The position numbers and the translations under genes are program-made. A stretch of 63,938 bases of DNA, counting the filler, from Chiloscyllium plagiosum (taxonomy: Eukaryota), in assembly GCF_004010195.1 (NCBI RefSeq). It is 4 parts of one record of this genome, joined end to end, with 100 filler letters (N's around TTAATTAATTAA, not from the genome) between each part and the next. Parts side by side here need not be neighbours in the genome. Positions count along the whole stretch, not along the records: positions 27,134 to 55,555 come from NC_057713.1; positions 55,656 to 63,938 come from NC_057713.1; 2 more parts are not named here. One strand, given 5' to 3'. The stretch's first letter is position 1. The number at the start of each line of letters is the position of its first letter. The notes beneath the pieces were generated by a model. That model saw only the letters and a program-made list of their open reading frames with translations. It was not told the DNA's origin and ran no database searches. Positions 48,001 to 63,372 of this stretch are shown here, piece after piece.

Positions 48001-49984
48001 AGGCAGATCAATCCGCTCAACAAACTGTGGAGAAAGTGAGGACTGCAGATGCTGGAGATCAGAGCTGAAAAATGTGTTGCTGGAAAAGCACTTATGCCCG
48101 AAACGTCGATTCTCCTGCTCCTTGGATGCTGCCTGACCTGCTGCGCTTTTCCAGCAACATATTTATCAGCTCAACAAACTGTACCCATACTTGTGATTGG
48201 TTGTCACTTTGGCAGCTATGAAGAGTTCCCCTTTGAAAGTAGATTGTGGTAGCTGGGCAATCTTAACATTTGAACTTGACTTGTCATTCCCCGGAATGGG
48301 TACTTCCGTAGAACAATCCTACTCTGCCATGCTCTACATACCAAACCACAGGAATCATCATCAGCCACTAAAATGACTTTGTGGGAAAGTGAACTTTTTT
48401 TGGTCACACATTAGTATTCAGCATGATAGTTGAAGTGGAGGCTCTGGTTGGCTCAGTTAGTTTAATAATTAGTGTGTGATTCAGAATCACCAACAGCCTA
48501 CTTTCAAAACCTCTCCCAACTAAGATGGATGTGTGACCTGCCTCATCTCCCTGAGGGTAACAGCAAGCCACTGCTGACAAAATAAAAACTGCAAAGGAAT
48601 ACAGCTCAGGGTGAAACGTCAGTTGGCAACAAACCAAATGACCTGCCTTCAGGCAGAGCACTTGTGGAATTGAAAGGAATTTGAAGTGGTGGCTTATAGC
48701 TACACATAGCTCCTCTACTACTTCAGCATCTAAGCTTCATGATAAAAGAGCAATGGTGTCAATAGATACTTGAGCTATGGATGATAAAGTATTAGAAATG
48801 TTATAAGATTTTGAAACGGTCCTATAAAGTCTAACCACAGCCTAGAATACTAAAAAAATCCTCCTACAGCTATATGATGAAATAAAAGAAAACTGGAAAT
48901 TTTCAATGAAACACCATTTCAATATTTCAACAAAGCCTTTTCACCTTGTTTGTTTTATCCTTGTTTTCTTTAAGTAAGATGAGAAATTATTCATTCAGCT
49001 CAAATTATATTGCATCCATTCAAACATGGAAAAAACATTTGGAAATGGAAATTGAAATCGAAAAGCTGAAGTCATTCTTTTTGCTAAATAAAAAATTTCG
49101 AAGTCCACCTTCACTTTGCTTTAATATATAAAATTAACTTTCTCTGAACAAGACAATTTTTAAGCAACGCTTGAAGTGGAGATTTAAAATAACAGCAAGA
49201 AAATTCCTCTTTTACTTAAAGTCGTCATAGCAAACTGTGTTTAAAATTGCCAGTTATTCAAAGTTGCTTCTTTATAATGAATTATGAATCACAATCTGGG
49301 AAGGCCTAATATACTGTGAATCATTAATGTGAGCCAGGATATTCTCAAAGGCCAACTAAATCTTTCATTTTCTGCAGACTGCATTTTGTGGAGTAATGGA
49401 AGGAAGGAAGGAAGGCAAGTAATCAATTGAGATATATCTATTATTGAAGATGCTGACACTCATTATTATGTATAGCACTGCAGTAAACTGACATGAGATA
49501 CAGATACATTCAGTAGGTTGGAGTAACTGTTACCAAAGCATGCGAGCAACCGGGAATGCATTTTCTCTCAGGTTGCAAGTCTTTCACTATATAAATTGGT
49601 TGCCTGCAGAAAGCTATTAAGTTTATCATCATAACTGTCAAAATCAGTAATGTAGTGGGCTACAGGTTTCAGGTTTGGATAACTCACAGAGATGGTATTA
49701 ACACAATGAAAGGGTTAATGGCTTGGATAAGTGTTCAGAGCCAAGATTGCAATATGGAAACTGGATGGGTGTGATATTTGTCAATTAGATTGATATGTAT
49801 TACTTGTAGTGGTACTGCTGAACTGAAAATCTCAATTTGAATTCAGGTGGTTAACTATGGCTCTTGTGGTACAATGCTACCTTTGAGCCAGGAGACCTGG
49901 ATTCATGTCCCATGTGCTCTGGATGTAGATAATAACACTTCCGAACAAGATGATTAAGAAAAGAGCTAAAGCAGTTTTTTAAAA

Positions 49985-50365
49985 AAAATTATTTCACAAA
50001 TATACTTTATTCATAAAATAAACATACAGTTAATGAAGTATTTCTGTACAGTTTTTGTAGATAAAACAAACAAATATTGGAAATTTGGAATTCCCTGAAG
50101 TTGCAAAAAAAAAAACCCAAGGCATTTCTTACTTACAGAAGACAATATTTACAGACATTTGAGGCACTGAGAGAATGTGATAACTGAATGGACCCCCATT
50201 GTACTTTGAAAGATCTTAAACAGTAGTCTTTCCCTACTGCACCTTGCAGCAGCTGCCCCAAGCTTTGGTGCATTCTTCAACATGTAGTCATAGAGTTGGA
50301 ATGTGCCAGTCTCCAACATTCAGTCAACATCAACTCTTTGCACTGGAAGACCAGCAAGTATCTGA
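49985..50365 (-). mobile_element. Tx1-type LINE 3' end
   Basis: Minus strand reads LLVFQCKELMLTECWRLAHS, followed by 3'UTR with AATAAA-like and A-rich tail. Confidence 0.55.
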
Positions 50366-50989
50366 AGCAGTTAATCACAGCAACCTGGCTGTGAACATTA
50401 GAGACTGACTGAAAGCAGAAAGGTAATCACAGTTGGTGAGAGACTAAGAAACTGCAGATGCTGGAATCCAAGGTAGACAGGCAGGAGGCTGGAAAAACAC
50501 AGCAAGTCAGGCAGGATCAGGAGGTGGAGAAGTCGAAATTTCAGGTGTAACCCTTCTTCAGGACTGGGTCATGGGTGGACAGGAAGAAATCCTCAAATAG
50601 CTCAGCCAATGGACAATAACTTGCAAATACTTCAACCAACCAATTTGCTTGATCATGTGCCCAGCTAACCAAGCTGCATCAAGAGTAGAAATATGTATGA
50701 TCTCCTTCAGGAAATTATATCCTTTATACAAACCCCGGAAAAAAAGTCCCACTCATTGTGACAAAGGTTGTTAGAAGATATATATCAATAAGAGTGCTCA
50801 AAGAAGGAAGGCAAATATGTATCAATGGGAATAGTGTGAGTAAGTGTAAGCAGGCAGTTCTCAACCAAAACTCACTCTGAAACATTTTACAGTTATCTCA
50901 GGCAACCTGAGGAAATACTGTGGTTTTATTGAAACAGCTTTTTAAAAATAATTCTCAATAAAGTCATTGGATAAAATGTAAAACTATAG

Positions 50990-51288
50990 TGGGTGGCACA
51001 GTGGCACAGTGGTTAGCACTGTAGCCTCACAGCGCCAGAGACTCGTGTTCAATTCCTGCCTCAGGCGACTGACTGTGTGGAGTTTGCACATTCTCCCCGT
51101 GTCCGGGTGCTCTGGGTTCCTCCCACAGTCCAAAAATGGGCAGGTTAGGTGAATTGGCCATGCTACATTGCCTGTAGTGTTAGTAGAAGGGGTAAATGTA
51201 GGGGAATGGGTGGGTTGCGCTTCAGTGGGTTGGTGTGGACTTGTTGGGCTGAAGGGCCTGTTTCCACACTGTTAGTAATCTAATCTAA
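50990..51288 (+). mobile_element. HE1-type tRNA-derived SINE
   Basis: Third copy with internal deletion; tail aatctaatctaat. Confidence 0.85.
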
Positions 51289-54089
51289 TATCTGGTGGAA
51301 ACAATAATGTACACCCTTAACTCACAGTATTTAAGGTTCAAGAACATATAGAGATAAAGTGAAGCACAAGGGTGTATGGAGTGGATCAATTAGAATCAAA
51401 TCAGGTAGTGAAAAAGAAATACAGAGAGGATCAAAAGATTGGTTAAGAAGAAGTAAGAACAAAGAGACAATGAAAAAAGAATTGAGCTATTAAAATTTCT
51501 AAAGAATAATTCACTACCTGAAGATGTATGTTCCCATGATTTAAATTATTCCCATTCTGGGGTGGGAGGATGAGACACTGCTTTTGTCAAGCCAAAACTG
51601 GTGGAAATGTACTTCCCCAGTCCCTTCCCACTGTGACCCCATTTTGAGGCTGACTCATTGTCATAATTCTTTGGTGGAAACTGGCAGATGGGGAGCTGGA
51701 CGAAGTGAGGATCTCTAAGAGAAGGCAGAAGGTGAGTGGAGCTTCATGGCAGTCATTGCTACCTTTGATCTTTCAGCACACAATCCCACTTGGGATCCAG
51801 ATCCCCAATTTGGGAAGCCCTGAACTAACTACTTTCGAAGATTCACACTCAGAGCATGTCTCGTCAGCAGTGCTGAATTCTTGGCCAGTTGCTCAATAGT
51901 CATGCTGTTCATTGTTAACAAACCATAATTTTTGGCAAGTTGAAGTCAATTACCCTTTCTTGGCTATCCTACTGTTTCACCAATGTTCTGGTTACAACAT
52001 TAACCAGAAGGTGGCAGATTGAATCCCCTGGTCAACATGGACTTAGCTAAGCGAAAGTGAGGACTGCAGATGCTGGAGATCAGAGTCTAGATTAGATGGC
52101 GCTGGAAAAGCACAGCAGGTTAGGCAGCAGCCGAGGAGCAGGAAAATCGGCGTTTCGGGCAAAAGCCCTTCATCATGAATTAGCTGATCTCAGCTAAGGC
52201 TGTGGTAGTCTTCGTATCCCTGAATTAGGGCAGGGTGTGTCACTGTTATTCCTGAGTTTTGTTGAGTCAAAAGAAAAAAGTGGACTGCATATAAAATGGA
52301 CTACAGAGTTCATATTATCCCTTTATATTATGAGGTAAGACCAATCTTGCACCTTTCCTAAGCAGGAGAAAGTGAGGACTGAAGATGCTGGAGATCTGAG
52401 TCGACAGTGTGGTGCTGGAAAAGCACAGCAGATCTTGCTCCTCAGATGCTGCCTGACCTGCTGTGCCTTTCCAGCATCACACTGTTGACTCTTTCCTAAG
52501 CAACATTGCAATCCTATTTCCCATATTTGTCATGAATGCAGCAATGTGGCTTAATGTAAATGATTACAGTAGAGTCCACAGATGGCTCAGAAGTAAATGC
52601 ACCATCTGGACCTATGCTATACTGAAGAGGAAGGTCATTGGTTATTGCAGTAACTTCAATACCTCTGACTTAGAGACAAGAAAGATCCATTCCCTCCTGC
52701 TGTTGATTGTTAACACATGACTGTGCCTTACCAGTGTAGCAAAGTGATTTTGCTGAGGTGGTGAGGATCAGGATGAGATTCAATTGTTCAGCTTTCCACA
52801 GTTCAATTATCTGACAGTACGAAGCATGGTCAAGGGATTTGTTGGAACTTGTGGAACGGCAACTCACAAAGGGAGTTAAACCTTTGAAATAAAATTGACT
52901 TCTTAGTCATGTTTAGAATTGTAATAAGATAAACCATGAACTTCAAATATTCAAAGTATATATCTGCAATAGAATGAAAATGGGTGTTGGTTAGACGTGT
53001 GTATGCTTGCATGGTTTGGACCGGACATTTGAAATAAGTAAATGCTGATGCAAATGGAAACTTATGAGAACAAAGTTGAAGGATGTCATTTAGAAAATTT
53101 CCATACCATTGCTAGCCCATGTTATTGCCAAGAAGAAAACAAATTATTTTGCAGTGTTGGACTTTTTATTGGAAGGTGGGAAGGAGGAAAGAAATTGGAA
53201 AACACATTTTATTATCTTGCTGTGGATTATCTCCCCAAAGCATGAAAACATTTGAATTGTTTCACATACAACCGTGTGGCGTCTGAAAGGTTCTGATCAC
53301 CATGCTATAGTGTGTTGGTATCATACTGTACAGATATTTCATTTCAGTGTGTTGCATCTCTTGAAATAGTGAGGAAATGAAAGAGCCAATTGGTGGCAAC
53401 GTTCAAGTTGTACAGAATGCCTGAAATACAGATGTTTCACATTTGGAGATCTCACTCCCAATTCACTTCAGTTATATACAGTAATGCAATACTGGATTAG
53501 AAATAGTGTAGAGGAATTTAGAACTCTCTTACACTTTGTGATGTGAAGGCTTGAAGTCAAATGATTTAGCTACCACTAGAAACACACTTTGCCAACTTCT
53601 AGTTATAGCCCTGGAAATGGTTCACATATTTCCAATTGAAACTGGAATATTAATTGACTCCTTAATCTGATTGTAACCTAAAAACTAATCCATTGAATGA
53701 ATAGACGACTGTTTACATTATAATGGGAGAGCCTGAGGCAGGATACCATCCAAACTCAATGCATCTCTGACTCTAGTTCCAGCTAGCTTTTCCATGGTAC
53801 TCACATGAAATCGAATAGATTAATATTAATGAATAATCCTGGGTTTTTTTTCCAAGTCCAATTCTCAATTTTTGGACCATATCCAGGGAAACTCCTTGAG
53901 AGAAAAATTGTTGCATATTCCTGATAGTACTTCGGTTAAATATGCATTCAGGTGTACTGCCTATGTTTGTTAATGTTAACTGTGCGGGTGTTTTCTTAAC
54001 CAAGATCCTACAATAACTTTGAAAAATTAAACATTCACTGACCCTGAATTAAATGAGTACTTTTCCTTTTATAAGCAACACTTATTTTT

Positions 54090-54790
54090 TCAATACACTT
54101 GTGGAATGTAGGTGCCACTGACTGTATTTTCAATTATTGCCCAACACTAATTGCCCTTGAGAAAGTGGTGATGAGCTGTCTTCTTGAACCACTGCAGTCC
54201 ATATAGTAGACCCACAATGCGGTTAGGGAGGGAATTCTAGGATTTTGTTTCAACAATACTGAAAGAATGACAATATATTTCCAAGTTAGGATGGTGAGTG
54301 GCTTGGAGGGTAACTTGCAGGTAGTGATGTTTCCTTGAATCACTGCCCTTGTTCCTCTAGATGTTAGGGATTGTTGGTTCGGAAGCTGCTCTTTCAGGAA
54401 CTTTGATGAATTCCTGCAGTGCATCTTACAGATGATATACACTGCTGCTACTGAGCTTTGGTGGTGGAGGGAGTGTACGTTTGTGGAGGTGGTGGCAATT
54501 AAGTGGGCTGCTTTGTTTTGATAGGGATAAAACTTTCTTGAGTGTTGCTGGGGCTGCACGTATCTGGGCAAATGGAGAGTATTTCATCACATTCCTGACT
54601 TGAGCCTTGTGAACAGTTTTGGGGAGTCACAGGGTGAGATATTCACTGCAACATTCCTTGCCTCTGACCTGCTCTTTTAGCCACTGTATTTCTATGGCTA
54701 ATCCCGTTAAGTTTCTGGTCAATGTTAACTTCCAGGATGTTGATATTTGGGGATTCAGTAATGATAATGCCATTGAATGTCAAGGGGCAG
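54090..54790 (-). mobile_element. Old CR1/L2-group LINE 3' fragment
   Basis: QNKAAHLI...SLHHQSSVAAVYIICKMHC; ITESPNINILEVNIDQKLN. Confidence 0.65.
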
Positions 54791-55555
54791 CCACAGAAAA
54801 TAGGGGAGATACTAAATGAGTATTTTGCATCAGTATTTACTGTGGAAAAGGATATGGAAGATATAGACTGTAGGGAAATAAATGGTGACATCTTGCAAAA
54901 TGTCCAGATTACAGAGGAGGAAGTGCTGGATGTCTTGAAACAGTTAAAGGTGGATAAATCCCCAGGACCTGATCAGGTGTACCTGAGAACTCTGTGGGAA
55001 GCTAGAGAAGTGATTGCTGGGTCTTTTGCTGAGATATTTATATCATTGATAGTCACAGACGAGGTGCCAGAAGACTGGAGGTTGGCAAACATGGTGCCAC
55101 TGTTTAGCAAGGGCAGTAAACACAAGCCAGGGAACTATAGACCAGTGAGCCTGACCTCGGTGGTGGGGAAGTTGTTGGAGGGAATCCTGAGGGACAGGAT
55201 GTACATGTATTTGGAAAGGCAAGGACTGATTCAGGATAGTCAACATGGCTTTGTGCGTGGGAAATCATGTCTCACAAACTTGATTGAGTTTTTTGAAGAA
55301 GTAACAAAGAAGATTGATGAAGGCAGAGCAGTAGATGTGATCTATACGGACTTCAGTAAGGTGTTGGACAAGGTTCCCAATGGGAGACTGATTAGCAAGG
55401 TTAGATCTCATGGAATACAGGGAGAACTAGCCATTTGGATTCAGAACTGGCTCAAAGGTAGAAGACAGAGGGTGGTGGTGGAGGGTTGTTTTTCAGACTG
55501 GAGGCCTGTGACCAGTGGAGTGCCACAAGGATCGGTGCTGGGTCCTCTACTTTTT
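54791..55555 (+). mobile_element. Young CR1 LINE RT fragment, frame uninterrupted up to the gap
   Basis: KSPGPDQVY...GNYRPVSLTSVVGKLLE...SQHGFVRGKSCLTNL...VTSGVPQGSVLGPLLF. Confidence 0.92.
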
Positions 55556-56209
55556 NNNNNNNNNNNNNNNNNNNNNNNNNNNNNNNNNNNNNNNNNNNNT
55601 TAATTAATTAANNNNNNNNNNNNNNNNNNNNNNNNNNNNNNNNNNNNNNNNNNNNCAACAGCATTTATGGCAGATATAATCTGCAGTAACCCTTAAACTC
55701 TCTTTAAACTCCCACATCTAACAAGAAGTACATATCACTGCAAAGGCCATTTTTGCTCCTTCACAATCTACAGACCCAGAAAATAATACCATCATATTCC
55801 TCTACAAACACTGCCCCAGGTTAAATTAATAGCTATGGCTTACATTTTAAGTTTAATCAAGAGACTTATCTCCAAAAACATATAATCAAGAAAGAATCCA
55901 CTATACTCACTACAGCAGCCTTTCTCTAGGACAGACTTAAAACAACAATTAACTTATCTGATTCTGTGCTGTGAACTTCGCCCAACAGTTTCCTCCAAGC
56001 TTAGTTGTGAATTTCACTGCTTGTTAATTTTCCCAGATGCACTCCGATGTCCAGCGATACACGAATTCAAACGGCAAAGGCGGTAACTGTGCAGGTTTTC
56101 ACTCTCTCTCTCTCTCTCTCTCTCCTGCACTATCCTCACCATCTGCTTCCTTTGTCTGCCCTTCTCCCTTTTAAACTGCTGTTGTTTTGACTTTTTTTTT
56201 AACTTTTTT

Positions 56210-58270
56210 TTGAGTCAAACAGAGCTAATTATATAGACAGCTTTGGCCCAAACAGACTAGGCCAGAAGATGACAGCTTGGACAGTTGACAAGCATTGGCA
56301 GATATTTAAGGAGATACTCAATTGCTCCCAACTAAAATATATTCCAAAAAGGAAAAAAGGTAGTAAGAGGAAGAAAGAAAATCCATGGTTAAGCAAGAAT
56401 GTTAAAGATATTATAAAGATAAAAGTTATGGTATATTATTTTGCAAAGGTGAGTGACAGTAAAGGTTTCCCAAGCATCAATACTAAAAATGCAAAAAAAA
56501 AGAGCATGGTAAGTTATCAAAGGAAACTGTGCAAAATATAACAATCGATAGCAAAAGCTTGTATACGTATGTAATAGGGATGACAGTAGTTGAATGTTGA
56601 TCCCTTGGAGGATGAGACTGGGGAGCGGAATACAGAAACAACATGGTCACTAAATAAATATCTTGCTTCAGTTTTCACATTGGAAAACACTAGTACCATC
56701 CCAATTGAAGCAGGTAATACAGAGGCTATAGAAAGGAATGAACTTAAAACAATCATCATCACAAGAAAAAAGGTACTGAGCAAACTGTTGGGATTGAAGG
56801 CAGTCAATGGCTGATGGCCTACATCCTCAGATCTTAAAGGAAGTGACAGCAGAGATAATCAATCCGTTGGTTATAATATTCCAAAATTCCCTTGATGCAG
56901 GAAAGATTCCAGTGGATTCGAAAATTGCTAATATAATGCCCTTATTCAAAAAGTAGGAAACAATAGTTTAGTTAGTTCAATGTGTGCCATTGGAAACAGT
57001 TAGAAGTTATTATTAAGGAAATAATAAGAGTATTTAGAAAGTCAATAACACAATCAAACAGAGTCAGAGTGGTTTAGTGAAAGGTAAGTCACATCTGACT
57101 ACTTTGCTAGAATTATTCAAAGATGTAGCAAGCAAGGTTGATAACAGGGACTCTACACATGTAGAATGTCTGGACTTCCAGAAGGCTTTTGATAAGGTGC
57201 CATATACAAGGTAAGACAGCATGTGGTGAGGGGTAACTTTTCAGCTTGTTACAGAATTGGCTGATCAACAGAAAGCAGAATTGGGAAAAATAGGCCTTTT
57301 ACTATTTGGTAAGGTGTAACCAGCAGGGTGCTCCAGGATTTAGTCCTCAATCTATATTAATGACCTGGATGCATAGAAAGAAAGTACTGTAGCCAAATTT
57401 CCAGGTGACCCTGAAATACATGGGAAAGTAAGTTGCAATGAAGAAATAAGAAATTTACAAATAGATATGGATAGGTTAAGTGAATGGTCCAAAACTTGGC
57501 AGAAGTAGTTTAACGTGAATAAGAGTGACATTATCCATTTTGGTCAGAGGAATAGAAAGACAATTTATTATCTAATTACAGAGTGCTTTGGAACAGAGTT
57601 ATCTTGGTGTCTTCATGCACGAATTATAGAAAACTAGTATACAGGTACAACAGGTAACAAGAAAGACAAATGGAGTTTTGGCATTTATTGCTAAAGGAAT
57701 AGAGTATAAAGCGGGGAGGTGTTGCTGCAACTGTACAAGACATGGTGAGACTGTACCTGGAGTACTCCATAGAATTTTGGACCCATTACTTGAGGAAAGA
57801 TGCAGTTGTATTGGAGGCAGTTCAGAGGAGGGTCACTAGATTGATTCCATAGATGAATTTGTTTTATGAAGAGAGATAGAGACAGTACAGGCCTAAACTG
57901 TCTCTAGAATAAGAGGGTATCTGAGCTACATAGGGTGCCAATGGAGATTGCCAAAGTAGATCTCGAGAGGATGTTTCTTCATGCAGGGCAATCTAGAATG
58001 AGAGGTCATAGATTTGGGATAAAGGGTAGCAGATTTAAAGTAGAGAGATGAGGAGAAATTACTTCTGTGAAATTCACTACAGCAGAGTGCAGTAGATACA
58101 TGAACATTGAGTAAATTTTGAGGAGAGAGATAGGTTTTTAATTAATAATGTCTTGAAGGGTTGTGGAGATTGGGCAAGAAAGTAGAGTTGAGGCCATGAT
58201 ATCAATCATGATCATATTAAATAACGGAGCAGATTCAGTGGCTGAATCTTCTACTTCTAGTTCTTACTTT
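56210..58270 (+). mobile_element. Heavily decayed CR1 LINE ORF2
   Basis: LNKYLASVFTLE...KVLSKLLGLK; gacttccagaaggcttttgataaggtgcc; CR1-like 3' end near 58250. Confidence 0.8.
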
Positions 58271-61200
58271 CTTGCCAAAATCCACGTCGATTACATCACT
58301 TATCAACACTTGTGTCATCTCCTCAAAAGTTCCATTTGTCAAACATCACCTGCCTTTCATAAATTCATGCTATCATGGTTGCACTGACTGGCCTATTTTA
58401 TTGTAATTTTTGTTGATAATGGGACATTACAGTTGCTGTGACACCTCACGTGGCTAGAAAGGATCTGAAAACTACTATCAGGCCCATATAATTTCCTTCC
58501 TTGCCTCCTTCAGTCAGGGTTTATACCTCATCCTGATTTATCTATGTATAGGCTGCTAAACCGGTTAGTACCACTTCTTGAAATTTTACTTATGTATTTG
58601 ATCTGCAATCTCCCCTTGACTATCTGAGGGCCTATAATACACATCCAACAGCATGTTTGGTCCATTTGTTTTTTTTACTTATACCATATGGCTTTATTTT
58701 ATGAGCCTTCACTGTTATAATTAATTCTTTGATCAATATTGTGATGCCACCTTCATTTATTCCCCTATCTCATCTGAATACCCTATAACCCAGGAATGTT
58801 GAGCTGCCAAACCAGCGCATCTTTAATATGAAACATAGATACCATTCATTTATATGTCTACCTGCGTCCTCAGCTCCTCTATCTTATTCATCAGGCTCCT
58901 TGCATTAAAACATATTGTGTTTAGGAAATAAGTGTTTATTATAACATTAATAAGTCTGGAAGATAGAGCAAACTTATGTTTTAACTTATAATTTCATTTC
59001 AGCTTCTCTTCCCCCCTCTGAGATATCTGTCAAGGTCCCTGCCAATCTAGTTTAAATCCAACCTAACAACATTAACAAACCTGCCTATTCTAATTACTAA
59101 GATTGGGCAATAACGAATGACAGGAACATAACAAAAGTTAACTGGTTAAGTACAAAAACAGGCCCATTTATAGCAGATATTAATTAGGAGGAGGTTGAAG
59201 TTAACCAATTGATTAATTGGTATAAGTTGACTTCTTGGTGGCAGATGCTGTTGCCCTTAATAAGATTTAAAGTCCTTAAATTTCCTAATGGAGATACCAT
59301 GGATAGGTTGATCAGGATCCTCATTGTTCATGACTTAAGCCTTCTCCCAGAGTTAAGAATTGGACAAAAGAGGCAATACTGTTAAAGATGATGGAAGTCG
59401 GTTATATCACTAAAGAGACTTAATGTAGCTCAACCTATATTTTGCTGGGGTGATTTAATAAGGTATGTCCTTTAAAAATTCAGCTATCCTATTCTATTTT
59501 GATATGCCATCCCCAAATTCTTTTTTAAAAAGTGTTATCCAATACCTTCTTAAATCTTTCTCTGTTGCAGGCACTAATACTGTACATGAATTATCTAATC
59601 CACTATTTTCTGTTACAGGTGAAGAACAGCAGCATAGGCTGGTCACTTGGTTACATGCTAAACCTTACCAATCTGATCCCATCAGAAAATCAAGTGATTC
59701 AAACACCAATGAGTGAAGGTGTATTCTGTGGACTTCTCTTTCTATTTTCCACTTTAGTTGTGTTCTGTTCAATCTTCATTTGTATGTCAATAATACGTTT
59801 TTTTTAAAGCGCAATTTAAAGCTTTGTGAGCTCTTAACAGAATTACTGTTGAATATTGGGAAAGAAAAATATTATGCAAATGATGAAAACGAAGAAGAAT
59901 ACTGAAATGGAGCATCTCTACCGCATTTATAACACAGTCCCTGTGGATTTAATAGGAAATGTTGAAAAGCACTATGGCATCCAGCTGATATCATACTTCC
60001 ATAGTGTTCTGATGTCCTTCATCCTGGCCACTGCACTGAGAAAGTAGAATAATTATAACACTAAGCCATAAATTTGACATTAAAAATTGAGTAAGGACCA
60101 GAAAAATAAATGACAGTAGAGGCAAAAGTAATGGATACAAATTGTTTAAATATATTATCAGGCCAAATTGATGATGTAATATTAGTTCAATTTCACAATT
60201 AGGGAAACTGAGATGTACTTTCACTATGTGGTATCATTGCTGCTTATAGTGGTTTCTATTCATGGGATGCAGATAGAGAGGAAGTTGTGTGCCTGCCTTC
60301 TGCCAAATAATCTGATGAAAAATTAGTTGGCAAGGTAGTCAGTCATGTCTTTTAGTCATTAACATGTAAATGATAGGGCTCAGCACCAAGCAAAGGTTGA
60401 GCAGGTGCACAAATTTGAGAAAGCCTTAGATAGCCAACTTTAGAGGATATTTTGCCATCTGGTAAACCTGAACCATTATTTGCTGACAGGAATTTTAAAT
60501 ACTCTTTTTTTTAAAATCTCCTCTTGCAGTTTTGTTCCTTTCCCTCAATCCTTACTTGTCTTAAATATTACCCCTTAGGTTAATACCTAAGTTATTGACA
60601 AATTTCAGTCAATAATTCTGTAGGACATTAAACCACTCACTCCAAGCATGAGGTTTTTTTTTTAAACTAGAGGTGTACATTTGCTGTGAAATGTCTTGCT
60701 GTATAGATCATGTAAAAAAGAAATCCAAAATGTAATACTGCTGATCTCTCTCTCATATATATATATATATATAATATACTTAAGACAAAACTAAGAAAGT
60801 CCAATCTTTGCTTCGTAGTGGATTATAGATTAATGCAAACTTAAGACATAAAATATAACTGAAGGGCATTCTGATGTGCAACAAGAACTTCTGGGAACAC
60901 TAATCCCACAATCCAAGTCTTTCATTATTTCTTGTGAAATAAAATGTACTGAATTTGTAAAGAATGAGAATGTAGCACCGTAATGCTTCCTATTGTCTGA
61001 AACACTAATTATTACAACAATTGAATGAACAAGTGAATGGTCTTCATTGCTGCTTGTTAACTTGCATCTATGGACATTAGAGCTGAGATAATGAACAAGA
61101 CGCAGGAAATCAGCAATAAAATATGCTAAAAGTACTCATTAGAGTCCACATGTAGGCCAAACCTTGTAAAAATGGCAATTTCCTTCTTAAAAGGATAATT

Positions 61201-61914
61201 GTGAATAATAGGTTTTTCTGTCAATTCAAAATGGATTTGTGGTCATCTTTAATTCCAGATTTTCACTGACCTCAAATTACACCATGTTATGGTGGGATTT
61301 GAATGTAGGTCCCCGGAATCTGGGTCTCTGAATCAACAGCCAAAAGGTCAATTTAAATAAAAGTTCAATTAAATTTTAATTCATTCAAAACACATCCACT
61401 TTCAAGACTTAAGATCAGACCCAGCATTTCAAGTCAATGGCTTTTTGCCAGAATGTTTCAGCAACAAGTCATTAACCTAAAATAGCTTTCTAACAATGTA
61501 GCAGCACTAAATGAAAATGCTTCGTTTTGACCATGAACTTCAGTATATATTAATATTGAAATGAACTTTGGGGGCAAAAATGCAGCCAGACATGCTCTGA
61601 CGTTGGGCATTATAGATTATATTACAGCAGCAGGTGCTTGTCCAATAGAACATTTGATCAATGGCTCCACTGGAAACAATATTCTCACTATTGGCGGACA
61701 CATTTATACACATTTTTAAAAAGCTATAAAAAAAACGTAGTTCTGCAATGACTGCTGAATGCTAATGTGCATTACATGCAATAACATACTAACTGCATTG
61801 CACTCGTGTAAAGGAATTGAATTTATTCCAATACCACTGTTAATAAATAGTTATTGATGCTGCCATTTTGCAGATCAGGCTCCTAAGAAAATAAATTGGT
61901 TTGAACTGGTTTAC

Positions 61915-62362
61915 ATAGATAAGACCATAAGACATAAGAGTGGAAGTAAGGCCATTCGGCCCATCGAGTCCACTCTGCCATTCAATCATGGCTGATGGGC
62001 ATTTCAACTCCACTTACCTGCATTCTCCCCGTAGCCCTTAATTCCTTGTGACATCAAGAATTTATCAATCTCTGCCTTGAAGACATTTAGCGCCCGGCCT
62101 CCACTGCACTCTGTGGCAATGAATTCCACAGGCCCACCACTGTCTGGCTGAAGAAATGTCTCCGCATTTCTGTTCTGAATTTACCCCCTCTAATTCTAAG
62201 GCTGTGTCTATGGGTCCTAGTCTCCTCGCCTAACGGAAACAATTTCCTAGCGTCCACCCTCTCCAAGCCATGTATTATCTTGTAAGTTTCTATTAGATCT
62301 CCCCTTAATCTTCTAAACTCCAATGAATACAATCCCAGGATCCTCAGCCGTTCCTCATATAT
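61915..62362 (-). mobile_element. CR1 LINE 3' end
   Basis: YSLEFRRLRGDLIETYKI...FRTEMRRHFFSQTVVGLWNSLP; tail (cataagac)n on the + strand. Confidence 0.9.
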
Positions 62363-63372
62363 GCTTGATATTTTCCACTTAAAGCATTAAGTCGGATTTT
62401 ATAGTCACAAATGAAGCAACTGGCATAGAACTGTCCCAACGATGGCTCCAACTACAACAGTCACCACTGCCTAACACCAACAATAATATAGGGTCTTTGG
62501 AGTCAAACATCCAAATACATTGTTCAATAATGTTTTTGAGCAGTCGTAACTGAGTAACATCAGATTATAGTAAGACGTGTCTAAAGAAGGTCTCATGGTT
62601 CAAAGGAGGTTTTAAAAAGCTTCTTAAAAGGAGGCAGTGGTGTGATAATGAAACAGAGTTTAAAGGAGCTAAATTTCAGAGCTTAATCCAGACTTCTGCA
62701 ACTGGGAGCACGAGACACATGCAGCTCTTTAACACCTCATTCTTGACCTCCACCTTTTCCAGTGGGTAATATTAACATAATTTTGGGTGTAAAAGACACC
62801 TCACTTTAGTTTCAAATTATTTTTATGCAAAACATCATTGTGCTATAAATAAATGCAGGAGTGGTTTAAAGTGACCAAGTATATATATAATGCCTTTGAT
62901 TTCAAAGATACATTTTAAGGCTGCAATTATTATTGTTTCAAACATACCAGATACAATAAATTATTCTAAATTTGCTATTCGTTACTTTTCATTCCAAGAA
63001 CCAACAACTGAAAATGCATAAATTAAGGCAAGTTTTAAAATTTGTTTTGTGGTTTTCAATGACTTTTACCTTGAGCATTTAAACTGTTCAAACTTTGCTG
63101 CCCTTGGTATGTAAATGCATGACTGAGCTGCCAAAGATGGAGCAAGGAAAATTTGGGAGACCAAATGAAAGCTTGATAATTCAGTATCAAGCAGAGTTTT
63201 CAGAGCTGAGAAAAGGGCAAGGCAACAGAGGGATTTGAAAATCAGGATGAAAATTTTACAATGATGTCATTACCAAATGGCGATGGAATGGTGAGACATT
63301 TGTAATAAAAGTTCGATTTTGCAGCCTAAATAACATGCAAACACTTCCAACTTCATATGCTATTTTACTTTG

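Noticed and set aside
49250..49800. Non-repetitive AT-rich stretch with TAAT/homeobox-like words, possible conserved enhancer
   Set aside because: Cannot be supported without cross-species alignment.
54722..55603. 293-aa ORF as a host gene
   Set aside because: CR1 reverse transcriptase fragment fused by chance to an antisense LINE piece and running into Ns.
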